NCBI GenBank assembly: GCA_041389105.1
Contig: JAWKSO010000004.1
Coordinates: 20,652-84,651 of the forward strand
Source of the DNA: Minisyncoccota bacterium
Lineage (GTDB): Bacteria; Patescibacteriota; Minisyncoccia; Phycocordibacterales; CSBR16-119
DNA length: 64,000 bases
Reading direction: 5' to 3'
Positions 48,284-57,578 of this stretch are shown in pieces. The notes beneath the pieces were generated by a model. The model was not told where the DNA came from. It was given only the letters and a program-made list of their open reading frames with translations, and did not search any database. The first letter of the stretch is position 1, and each line of letters starts with the position of its first letter. Both the position numbers and the translations under genes were made by a program.

Positions 48284-48311
48284 TTGACAAAACTAATGTA
48301 TATGCTATAAT
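48284..48311 (+). promoter_or_regulatory. sigma-70-type promoter
   Basis: TTGACA, 16 nt, TATAAT. 19 nt before the ATG at 48330. Confidence 0.55.
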
Positions 48312-48329
48312 TTTTAAAAACACATCAGA

Positions 48330-48596
48330 ATGAACAATCAAAATAAGCTGTGGATCACAGTCTTGATCCTCTCAGTCGGCGCTCTCTTCCTTCTGGCTTG
48401 CCTGCCACTGGAGGTGCACTTCGGATGGGATATGCCGTTCGTGCACCTGGACCACGAAACCCTAACCCTCTTCGGCTACAAGATCCTTGGGGTCGAACGG
48501 CAGTTGGGATTTGTGATGTTGTCGGGCATCATGATGATGTTGCCCGTCAGAACATTGCACCTTGCAATGATCAAGCTCACGAAGAAGAAGGGTTGA
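48330..48596 (+). CDS. small membrane protein (88 aa), strongly G+C-rich
   Basis: MNNQNKLWITVLILSVGALFLLACLPLEV... Intact, with consensus promoter and terminator. Confidence 0.5.
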   Translation: MNNQNKLWITVLILSVGALFLLACLPLEVHFGWDMPFVHLDHETLTLFGYKILGVERQLGFVMLSGIMMMLPVRTLHLAMIKLTKKKG

Positions 48597-48618
48597 TCAT
48601 CGCACAGACACCAATCGA

Positions 48619-48650
48619 AAGCCGCCTACATTGGGCGGCTTTCTTGTTTT
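48619..48650 (+). terminator. intrinsic terminator
   Basis: AAGCCGCC-TACATTG-GGCGGCTT followed by TCTTGTTTT. Confidence 0.7.
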
Positions 48651-48683
48651 AATTTTTGAACCGTCTGCTTTGAAGTTTTGTAT

Positions 48684-49163
48684 TTATATAAAATCTCCTA
48701 AGTCTCTTGTTCTTGCTTCTTCTTCAGAAAATACCTCAGAATTTAAATCTTTTATATTTTGAGATAATTGATTTTCCATTTCTTTAATTTGATCTTCAAT
48801 ATTAGAAATTTGTGAATCACCTTCTGCAAGCCCTCTAATATTTTATAAAGCTCATCTCTACGTGATGTGATTTTCTGTAATCTAAACACAAGTCTTTCCA
48901 CTTTAGAAAAGTTAGTTTCTTACGAACCTCAACTATCTCATCTTTTAATTTTTATAAAATTCATCATGGAATACTCTCCATGTATTTTTCTTGCTCTTTT
49001 CTATTTTTCTTTTTCTTCAGGTGTGGAAGCAGCCTTTGAATAAAACTTTTCATATGGATCTAGTAAAACATCCTTCTTTCCTCTAGTTTCTTTCATCCTT
49101 TCACTTTAATAACTCAAAAGACTCTGGTTGTCTTATATTTGGTGATTGTTCTAATCTTGTCAT
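48684..49163 (-). pseudogene. hypothetical coiled-coil protein, frameshifted
   Basis: MTRLEQSPNIRQPESFELLK.. through ..ISNIEDQIKEMENQLSQNIKDLNSEVFSEEEARTRDLGDFI*. Starts 14 nt after the iscS-like stop. Confidence 0.3.
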
Positions 49164-49176
49164 ACGTTTTATTATA

Positions 49177-50386
49177 TCACACCGTCTGTTTTGGGAAATT
49201 TTTATATTTCTCTAGAATTTGTTAGTTGATTTTATTAGATAATCTAGGTCAGACTTTTTTGTATATTTTCCAAGTGAGATCCGAAGTCCACCAATTCTCG
49301 CGTCTTCTCCAGGATAAAGCTCGTCATTACAGAACTTTCGTCGCCCGCAGATTCATCACATGCGCTTTTTGAAGAAACAGATATCTTCCTCGCGTCGAGT
49401 TCGATAACCAAAGTTCGCTTTCAAAGTTTTTAATCGTGATGTTTATATTATTTGGAATTCGCTCTTCCTGCTCCCGTTTATGCGCAATTTATCGCCAAAA
49501 ATCTCGCCTGACTTTTTGAAAAAATAATCTGTAGGTTTTTTAGTCTTACTGATTCTTTTTGTCTCTCAGACACAGCCAGCTCGATAACTTTTGTAAATCC
49601 AGAAATAGAGACTAAGTCTTCTGTCCCAGCGCGAAGTCCGAACTCTTGCGAGCCACCGAAAACAATCGGTGAGATTGGCGTACCCTTTCGCACATAAAGA
49701 AGGGCGACGCCTTTTGGTCCGTAGATTTTTGAAGAGTTAAAAGTCATAAGATCTACTGGGAAAGTATTCATCGCAATTTCAGAGAAAGTGAAAGATTGTG
49801 AAGCGTCTGTATGCAAAAGCGGATAGACGGATTTCGCATCACCTTTTTCAAACTTTTTAAAATGTCTTATCGCTTTTGAAATTTCTTTTATATCTTGGAT
49901 TGTTCCAATTTCATTGTGAGCGTGAATTATAGAAACCAAAACAGTCTCTTCTTTTAGAAGACTTTTAAGTTCTTTTAAATTCACGAAACCTTTTTCATCG
50001 ACACCAACAAAAGAAACTTCTGCCAAACCTTCTTTTTCGAGAGCTTTGCAAACTTCCAAAACTCCAGCGTGTTCGATACGAGAAGTTATAATGTGTGGTT
50101 TTTTGTTTGAATGATTTCTGGAAACCCTAAGACAGTTCCGCGGATAGCTAGATTGTCGCTTTCTGTTCCTGTGGAGGTGAAGACTATTTCGTCGGCGCGC
50201 GAGCGAAGCGAGCGCTATTCTTTTCCGGCAGTCCGCCAAAACTTTTTCGCTTCCAAGCCATCTTTATGCAAAGATCCAGGATTTGCAAACACAGAAAAAG
50301 CCAAAGAAATTTCTTTTAAAACCTCTTTCCCTGATTGGTCGCCGCAGCATAATCCAGATAGATATTCTTTTTTTGTGTTTTAAACA
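49177..50386 (-). pseudogene. cysteine desulfurase (IscS/NifS class V aminotransferase), frameshifted
   Basis: NIYLDYAAAT at the start. ORF 49478..50239 has SRIEHAGVLE, VSIIHAHNEIGTIQ, LLHTDASQSF, FNSSKIYGPKG. The 5' end is approximate. Confidence 0.8.
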
Positions 50387-50431
50387 ATTTAAAGATATTG
50401 CAAAGTAGCCTTTATTATATAATTTCCCAAT

Positions 50432-50871
50432 ATGGAACAAAACCCATTGTTGGATTTTTCATCATCGTGGTCTTTGGACTTATGGCGATGATTTTTAAAC
50501 TGAACAAAAGGATAAATAAACTCCTTGAAGGAAAAGATGCAAAAAGCTTAGAAGATACTCTAGTTCATATTATAAACGAAATCGTCGAATGAACTCTGTT
50601 CAAGAAAATACAGAATTAATAATAAAAGATATAAACAAAAGATTGAAGACAAGTTTGACTGGTGTGGGTGTTGTGCGTTTCAACTTTTACAAACTCTGAG
50701 GAAAACTAAAGCTTGCCATCGCTCTACCAACGAACATGGCAACGGAGTTATCATCTCTACCTATACGGAAGAGAAAAGACAAGTATCTTCGCAAAACCAA
50801 TCTCAAAATTCAAATCTGAATTTGAATTAACAAAAGAAGAAGCGGAGGCTCTTAAAAAGTTAGTTAGATGA
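50432..50871 (+). pseudogene. DUF4446 family protein, frameshifted
   Basis: TM start, then across frames VGVVRFN(P)F..GG.QSFAIALL.EHGNGVIISTLY.RE..IFAKPI...[18 protein letters not shown]. Confidence 0.6.
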
Positions 50872-50873
50872 GG

Positions 50874-50909
50874 CCGCGTTTTCTTGGTTTTAAAACCAAG
50901 AAAACGCGG
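50874..50909. terminator. 36-nt perfect palindrome (bidirectional terminator)
   Basis: CCGCGTTTTCTTGGTTTT|AAAACCAAGAAAACGCGG. Confidence 0.6.
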
Positions 50910-50966
50910 GTACCTTTATGTTTAGTGGCTTTTTTCCACTTTTACTGTATAAAAGCAAAGGAAACT

Positions 50967-52489
50967 ATGTCAAAAGACTCTTCCCAAAACCTAATAGAAC
51001 GCCCACCAGTGGTGGCAGTTATGGGACACGTTGATCACGGAAAATCAACGCTTTTAGACTATATCAGAAAAACAAACGTCACAGCCGGTGAAGCTGCGGT
51101 ATAACCCAACACATATCTGCTTATGAAGTAACTCACAAAAATGCCGAAGGTGTGATGAAAAAATCACATTCTTAGACACGCCAGGTCACGCCGCTTTTTC
51201 AAACATGAGAGAGCGAGGTGCAAAAGCCGCCGACATCGCTATCCTTATCGTCGCAGCCGACGACGGAGTAAACAAACAAACTCTCGAAGCGTACGAAAGT
51301 ATAAAAGAATCTGACACACCTTTCCTTGTTGCAATAAACAAAATAGACAAAAACGGAGCAGATGTCCAAAAAACTAAAAACAGTTTAGTAGAAGCTGGAA
51401 TATACATCGAAGGTTACGGTGGAAATATTTCTTTCGTAGAAATCTCTGCTAAAAACGGCACAGGTATAGACGAGCTTTTAGAAACAATCCTTCTGACAGC
51501 CGAACTAGAAGATTTGAAAGGAGATTTAAACAAACCAGCAACGGGTCTTATTATTGAATCAGACATGGATGAAAAAAGAGGAATCTCTGCGTCTTTAATA
51601 ATCAAAGATGGTGTTCTAAAAAGAGGAATGTATGTTGTCGCAGAAGAATCAATAGCTGCGACAAGAATATTCGAAGATTCTTTAGGAAAAAGTATAAACG
51701 AAGCTCAGTTCTCTTCCCCGATAAGAATCACGGGGTTTTCATCTTCTTTAAAAATCTTAGGACTAACTAAAGTTCCAAGAATAGGAGAAACTTTTTATTC
51801 TTTCGAAACTAAAAAAGAAGCTGAAAATTTTATCGAAGAAACAAAAAACCTAAAAGATTCTGCGCCAGAAGATTTAAATCATGTTCGAGAAAACATGATT
51901 CCTTTAATCTTAAAAACAGACGTTGCTGGAACTGGTGAAGCGATAGAACAAGAATTACAAAAAATAGTTTGTGATGATACTTGTTTTAAAATAGTTAGAA
52001 AAGGTGTTGGAGATATTACAGAATCAGATTTAAACTTCGCCAACGCAGATAAGGGAGTTATTATTGTCGGTTTTAATGTAAAAGTAGAAAGAACAGCTCT
52101 CGATGCCAACGAACAAATCGGAGCAACTATTAAAACTTTCAACATAATATACGAGCTAACAGAATGGTTAAACAGAGAATTCGAAACAAGAAAACCTAAG
52201 AAAGATGTTTATGAAATAAAAGGAAAAGTAAAAGTTTTGAAGTTTTTCTCTAGAACCAAAAACACACAGCTTGTAGGTGGAAGGGTTTTAGAAGGATCGA
52301 TAAAAGTCGGAGACGCTGTGCGTGTTATTCGAAATGAAGAAGAATTACTACGTGGTAAAATAGAAGGTCTTCAACAAAACAGAAGTGAGGTAGAAGTGAA
52401 AGAAGGTTTGGGTTTGGTTGTGTGATCGATATAAAATAGATCTACAACCATCTGACATTATCGAATCTTTTGAAGTAACACTAAAATAA
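50967..52489 (+). pseudogene. infB: translation initiation factor IF-2 (short form), frameshifted
   Basis: [27 protein letters not shown], then DTPGHAAF (other frame), ORF 51205..52425 (NKIDK, domains II-IV). Ends ..DIIESFEVTLK* in another frame. Confidence 0.9.
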
Positions 52490-52490
52490 T

Positions 52491-52841
52491 ATGTCTTTTC
52501 GACAAGAAAAATTAAACAATCAAATAAAAGAAGTTGTTGCGACTTTCCTAGAAGAGGAAAGCAACAACCTTTCACTTATTACGGTTACGTCTGTGGATAT
52601 TTCGCCTGATATGAAGATGCGAAAATATTAATCAGTGTTTTACCTGAAGGAAAAGAAAAAGCTGCTTTGGATTTTTGTAAAAAGAAAAAGAAGTGATATT
52701 AAAAATGAGATAAAGAAAAAGATGAATTTGCGAACTATACCTTTCGTGGATATTGAGATTGACAAAGGCGAGAAAAATCGACAAAAGATTCACGACCTAC
52801 TTTTCCCAGAACAGGTTTGGGGTAAAATATATTTTGCTTGA
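52491..52841 (+). pseudogene. rbfA: ribosome-binding factor A, frameshifted
   Basis: MSFRQEKLNNQIKEVVATFLEEESNNLSLITVTSVDISPDMK.., then SVLPEGKEKAALDF and LRTIPFVDIEIDKGEKN in other frames. Confidence 0.7.
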
Positions 52842-52861
52842 GAGTTTTTAAATTCTCGATC

Positions 52862-52932
52862 GGCTGGGTGGCGAAGTGGTAACGCTGCGGTCTGCAAAAC
52901 CGCCATGCACGGGTTCAATTCCGTCCCAGCCT
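52862..52932 (+). tRNA. tRNA-Cys (anticodon GCA)
   Basis: GGCTGGGTGGCGAAGTGGTAACGCTGCGGTCTGCAAAACCGCCATGCACGGGTTCAATTCCGTCCCAGCCT. Confidence 0.85.
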
Positions 52933-53071
52933 CAACGTTTGTGTTAAGGTGGAGTTAATGTTTTAAAAAATATTTAAATATGCTAGTATCTTTTTGTTTG
53001 AAGGATGTTTAGATATTTTAAATAAAAAAGGTTTATAAAAAATTTATAAACCTTTAAAAAATAAATATAAT

Positions 53072-53153
53072 GCCCGGATGGCGGAATTGGTATACGCGCA
53101 CGACTTAAAATCGTGTCTCGCAAGGGATGTGGGTTCGACCCCCACTCCGGGCA
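53072..53153 (+). tRNA. tRNA-Leu (anticodon TAA)
   Basis: GCCCGGATGGCGGAATTGGTATACGCGCACGACTTAAAATCGTGTCTCGCAAGGGATGTGGGTTCGACCCCCACTCCGGGCA. Confidence 0.85.
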
Positions 53154-53158
53154 CATTT

Positions 53159-53231
53159 TCTCTCGTAGCTCAGTTGGTAGAGCAGCTCCCTCTTAAGGAG
53201 ACGGTCGTAGGTTCGATCCCTACCGAAGGCA
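53159..53231 (+). tRNA. tRNA-Lys (anticodon CTT) with a poorly paired acceptor stem
   Basis: D, anticodon (CTCTTAA loop) and T arms are canonical. The 5' strand TCTCTCG against 3' CGAAGGC leaves positions 1 and 4 mismatched. Confidence 0.65.
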
Positions 53232-53297
53232 AATATTAAAAATGTGCTATGATAGCATTTGTTTTAATATTAAAGTTAAATTAAAAAAAGAAATCAT

Positions 53298-53377
53298 GCC
53301 CAGGTGGCGTAATTGGTAGCCGCGTTGGTCTTGGAACCAATGGAGCAATCCCGTGGGTTCGAGTCCTCTCCTGGGCA
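53298..53377 (+). tRNA. class II tRNA (Leu-like) with an anomalous anticodon loop
   Basis: GCCCAGGTGGCGTAATTGGTAGCCGCG TTGGT CTTGGA ACCAA TGGAGCAATCCCG TGGGTTCGAGTCCTCTCCTGGGCA. A perfect 5-bp anticodon stem leaves only a 6-nt loop. One extra A would give CTTAGGA, i.e. Leu-TAG. Confidence 0.6.
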
Positions 53378-53382
53378 CAAAG

Positions 53383-53412
53383 AAAAACACCCTTTTAGGG
53401 TGTTTTCTTTGG
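53383..53412 (+). terminator. intrinsic terminator after the tRNA cluster
   Basis: AAAACACCC-TTTTA-GGGTGTTTT followed by CTTT. Confidence 0.65.
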
Positions 53413-53449
53413 CTATGGTTAAAACCCTTTATTTACAGCGTGTTTTAGC

Positions 53450-53479
53450 TTGACAAAATGGTAATTTATGTGCTATAAT
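53450..53479 (+). promoter_or_regulatory. sigma-70-type promoter
   Basis: TTGACA, 18 nt, TATAAT. About 75 nt upstream of the ATG at 53553. Confidence 0.55.
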
Positions 53480-53552
53480 ATACCCGAAGACTAGAAGTAC
53501 TCGCGAAAGCGAAACATCTTCTGAACCTTGAAAACAAAAACCAGATAACTTA

Positions 53553-54671
53553 ATGAACAAAGCAGAAAGAATCCTGCTGAACCTCTTTTGGTTCTTAATA
53601 GTTGTGGTAATGATCATTGGATCATTCTACAATAATGTAGTGATGACGTTGACGTTTGTAGCTGCGGGCCTACTTGGTCTCTTCTATGGATTGTCATTCA
53701 CACCGTTTGGACCCTTTACTCAGATGGGTCCGGGAAGATACCTAGCTGTCAAACGCGGCCTTAACATCATAAAGTACTATCTCAACCAAGAGGGTTGGGG
53801 ATTAGCAAATGATGGAATGACATTTTTGCCTGATCCAAATGGATATTACCTGGAAAAACTCCGAAAGAATTTTCTTTTCCGGTATTTAGGTATGGTTTGG
53901 ACAGGATTTCCTGCCGGTGGGTGGAGTACAGGGAGTTCTTAAGGTGAAGAAAAAGTAAGGTTTAGCCAAAATGCAGATGGTACTCTTAAGTACTGGGTAG
54001 AAGACACTCCGGCAACCTACTATATCGCACCACCATTCATGAGGCACTTTGGCTTTGTTCTAGGTGCAATACCATCGAAAGGCAATAACACCTGGAATTT
54101 CGTAATACCTTCACGGATATTGGTGGTTAATCCAAAAGACTATGATCACCGCCTTGTCACCAACCCGGATAGTCCTATAAAAGGATCTTTTGAGTCGGCT
54201 CTTCGTCCACTCATAAAGAATCTGCAGACGCACGAGATCCTGAATCTCAAAGCAGAAGACAGGAGAGATCGAAACTCTATTGCAGCCAAGGCAAAAGAGA
54301 AGGCTAACCAGAACATGGTCTCAGAACTTTCCGGCGGATATGGATATGGGGTAATCCTCCATGACGTTGACTTCCAGGCTATAGAGCCAGCTGAGCACGA
54401 ATTTGCGAAAGCTATCCGAATGAAAGAGATAGCAGAGGAGGGTTGGAGAAGCAAGTCAGAGAAGCAGACTGGAAAGCTAAGAAAAAGCTACGAAAAAATG
54501 AAGCGGATGTTGAAATCATTCGCACCAAAGGCGAAGCTACAGCTAAAGCACAGGAGCTTTTCGTTAAAGCAACGGGAAACAATTCAGCTGTGGCTCGCCA
54601 AAGGCATACGGTGATGTGAAGGAACATGTGACACTGGTCATCGGAGACGGTGTCACAAAAAACATCCTCTA
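53553..54671 (+). pseudogene. SPFH/band-7 (prohibitin/flotillin-like) membrane protein with an in-frame TAA and C-terminal frameshifts
   Basis: ORFs 53553..53942 and 54039..54614 are in the same frame, separated only by the TAA at 53940. GVILHDVDFQAIEPAEHEFAKAIRMKEIAEE, then in another frame KNEADVEIIRTKGEATAKAQELF (Ala/Glu-rich SPFH tail). G+C-rich. Confidence 0.55.
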
Positions 54672-54715
54672 GGTGGACAAAAAGGTCACAAGGAAGAACC
54701 AAACACTGGTAAGGC

Positions 54716-55385
54716 ATGACTTGGATAACAGGAGTTCTAATCATGTTGGGGTTGTGGGCCTTAGGGTTTATTGCTGCGAGGATGAATACGTCACACAAAC
54801 CCCAGAATCTACACAGAAACCTACCGATTCAGACTCTGACGAGCATGATGAAAGTAGAGATGCGGAAGACGCCAAACCATCCTGGAGAACCAGGATGGCA
54901 GAGAGGTTTAAGCCGAAAAACAAAGTAAGGCTTGCCCTCTTTATAGGTGTTGCAATCTTCGTTGGCCAATGGGCATGGAAAGAGTTTGGAGACAAGCTCA
55001 CACATGCGAACGTTGGACCAGGAATGATGACTTACGACGGAAATCAAATCCTCGTAAAGAGACTCGCACCAGGAGAGGATGTGACGAAGCTACCACGCTT
55101 CGAAACTCCTGGCCAAGGAGAGCCCCTGTCATTTTCTTTCAATCCTCGCCGTGCAGATCTGTACGTCGTAGTGTTGGAGAAAAACGACCGCGGGGAGATA
55201 ATGCCGCGCTCGGACACCAACCCGTGCTGTACACTGGTCAGAAGTTGACCAGATGCGCAGCGATACAGATGTACGCCCTTTACCTCGGACCCAAGTCCAA
55301 GATAAAAGAGATGAATATAACCGCAGTCGTAGATACAGACTCGAAGAGATGTGATCCACTAAGCGGACTAGCAAAAAGACGTTGA
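54716..55385 (+). pseudogene. hypothetical two-TM protein downstream of the SPFH gene, frameshifted
   Basis: MTWITGVLIMLGLWALGFIAAR, an acidic linker, VRLALFIGVAIFVGQWAW, then a beta-rich region. Ends ..LSGLAKRR* in a third frame. Confidence 0.35.
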
Positions 55386-55413
55386 ATCTTTAGCTAGGTA
55401 ACACTGGACGAAA

Positions 55414-55446
55414 GAGCCCCACCAAGGTGGGGCTCACTTTTTATGG
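55414..55446 (+). terminator. intrinsic terminator
   Basis: GAGCCCCA-CCAAGG-TGGGGCTC followed by ACTTTTT. Confidence 0.7.
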
Positions 55447-55448
55447 AG

Positions 55449-55499
55449 AAATGAGAAATAACAAAACCGCCTCACGGCGGTTTTGTTATTTTCTCATTT
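55449..55499. terminator. ~23-bp long hairpin (bidirectional terminator)
   Basis: AAATGAGAAATAACAAAACCGCC-TCAC-GGCGGTTTTGTTATTTTCTCATTT (one bulge). Confidence 0.65.
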
Positions 55500-55504
55500 A
55501 TTCC

Positions 55505-55814
55505 AAATCTGGTAAGTTCACCTCTATGTCTTGAACATTTATTTGTTGTTCTATCTAATGTGCCAAGTATGAGCTGCATTATGAAAAACACAGACGCCAT
55601 AATGGCCATACCTATAAGCCTACTGCCAATATGTTGTACCCTTTTCTCTTGCGTCTGGCTTGTCTGGTGCTGCCTGACTCAAAACCAAACCGTAAGCAAA
55701 GTAGATAGCGGCAATAGCAAACAAAAGTGCTATTAGAGGATTTAGTATTGCTTTGTTGATCTTTCTTATCGTCTCATCAGCAGAAACGTATGCGGTTAAA
55801 ACAAATGGCCACAT
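55505..55814 (-). pseudogene. TrbC/VirB2-like (T4SS_pilin-type) small membrane protein, paralogue 1, frameshifted
   Basis: ..FVLTAYVSADETIRKINKAILNPLIALLFAIAAIYFAYGLVL..DAREKG, then in another frame IGMAIMASVFFIMQLILGTL. The 3' end is approximate. Confidence 0.45.
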
Positions 55815-55816
55815 AA

Positions 55817-56239
55817 TTATTGACAGAATATTGGAGAACCAGAACCAGTATAACCAATAATCGTACCTTCCGCACAATCAGTAGACTGAATGTTTTGACC
55901 TCCTTGGTTGATACCAAATGTAGAGTTAAGAACAGCCACAAGACCCCAGATAGATACGATAACGAAAAGACCGATAATACCTGTGATAATAACAACACAA
56001 CCCTCTGCTTGATCTTCTGATTCTTTGGCTGTAGCGTATTTTATAACACCCCAGATAGTGTAAAGAACAGCAAGAGTGATCAATATAGGTATAACTACAT
56101 TTAATATGGCTGAGATAGTTCCCAACAAGTTAAAAACTGTTGGTCCGCCCACCGCCATTACCAGCAGGTGTTGTAGCGAACGCCATAAAAGGAACAGCGA
56201 AAAGACTCATAACACCAAACCTTTGATTAATTTACTCAT
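55817..56239 (-). pseudogene. TrbC/VirB2-like pilin paralogue 2, N-terminus frameshifted
   Basis: Signal-like MSKLIKGLVL..FAVPFMAFA in another frame. ORF 55817..56158 has ILITLAVLYTIWGVIKYATAKESEDQAEGCVVIITGIIGLFVIVSIWGLVAVL. Confidence 0.5.
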
Positions 56240-56368
56240 AGAATAAATATTTTAATAACTAATAATAATTTATACAAATTCCGAACCAAGGGGCGACTAT
56301 TTTTTCATACTCGCGCCATGAGTGCGGAATTTATACTCGTTTAAATTATAACACTAAGTAGAATAAAC

Positions 56369-56772
56369 CTACTCCTGCAACTGTGGAATAAAAGTACTGG
56401 CCTTATTACCAAATGTTCCTTGGATCACACCGACAAGCCCCCAGACAGATATCATTACAAAAAGTGCTATAAGTCCGTATATCATAAAGTTTCTTCCTTC
56501 TGTTCTTTTGGCTTCCTCATCTGCGCCAGCGATGTACTTAATAACTCCGATGATAAACACAATGACCGCAATCGAAATCAAAAGTGGCCAAAGAGAATAT
56601 TTTAAGATACACACAACCTTATCAAACAAAACAGAAATACATTATATCTCCTGAACAAGCGCTGTTGGAATTATTACTTGTGTTGCTTAAAGAAACATTT
56701 ATTCAGTTTGAGCAAAAGAAACTAGAGGTAAAACGATCATCGCTAAAGTAAAAGCTAACTAAATATTTTCAT
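56369..56772 (-). pseudogene. TrbC/VirB2-like pilin paralogue 3, N-terminus frameshifted
   Basis: MKIFS.LAFTLAMIVLPLVSFAQ signal in another frame. ORF 56369..56629 has LLISIAVIVFIIGVIKYIAGADEEAKRTEGRNFMIYGLIALFVMISVWGLVGVI. Confidence 0.5.
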
Positions 56773-56773
56773 A

Positions 56774-57577
56774 CTAAACTATAAAATTAATTAAATTATT
56801 AATAAAAACTAAATCTATTTCATCGAAAGTTCCTTTGAGAACTTTTACCAGCGTCCAAGCTCCAAATAAAATCACTCCTCCTATTATAACCCAGAGAAGA
56901 TTTTTCTTTGCATCCGTCAGGTCTTTTTCGTTACCTCGAGCCATAACCAAACGAAGACCAGAATACACAAGGAAGATTCCAAAATTGGGATTCCTATTTT
57001 TAGAAGAGCATTTAGAAGGCCGACGACAAAGCTGTTTAAATTTCACTTACTTGAAGAGGATTTTCTATAACTTCCTGTGTAGCCTGCATAACTTCCTGTT
57101 ATTACATCATTTTCAACAGCATCCTTCATGGCGGATCTAATGGCTGACTACCACTAAGAGTTACCATTGTTGGGAGTGTTTACAGGAACAACTTCAACAT
57201 CACCTGTGATATCACCACTTGGAACTATTTTAAAAACAAAATAATAAGGAGTATTTGGACTTAAGTTTGCAGAAGGATTAAAAGATGTTCCAGAAGCACT
57301 TGTAGATATAAAGTTCAAAAGATTCGGACTATCTATCTGTTGCTGAGTCGGTGGCGTAGAGCTCTGGAAAATTTTTACACCAAGGAAAAAGTCGTCTTGT
57401 GTTGCACCTTCTAGAGAGTTATAGAACCTTGAGCTGTAACTTGAATACTGTTTGTATTATTTTGAAAAGAAATAGAAGGAACGTTTATGTAAACATCGCA
57501 GAGCCAGCAGAAAAAGAACTTTTTGGTAACAAAACCAAGAACAAAATTACTAAAAATGTATTTCTCAAATATTTCAT
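56774..57577 (-). pseudogene. pilin-module protein, paralogue 4 (~265 aa), frameshifted
   Basis: MKYLRNTFLVILFLVLLPKS signal. The middle domain is broken. ORF 56774..57046 ends SGLRLVMARGNEKDLTDAKKNLLWVIIGGVILFGAWTLVKVL. Confidence 0.5.
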
Positions 57578-57578
57578 A

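Noticed and set aside
56268-56330. Inverted 8-mers AAATTCCG ... CGGAATTT with a GC-rich centre, between pilin paralogues 2 and 3.
   Set aside because: The arms are short and 41 nt apart, there is no U-tract and no second copy. Probably fortuitous or a weak terminator.
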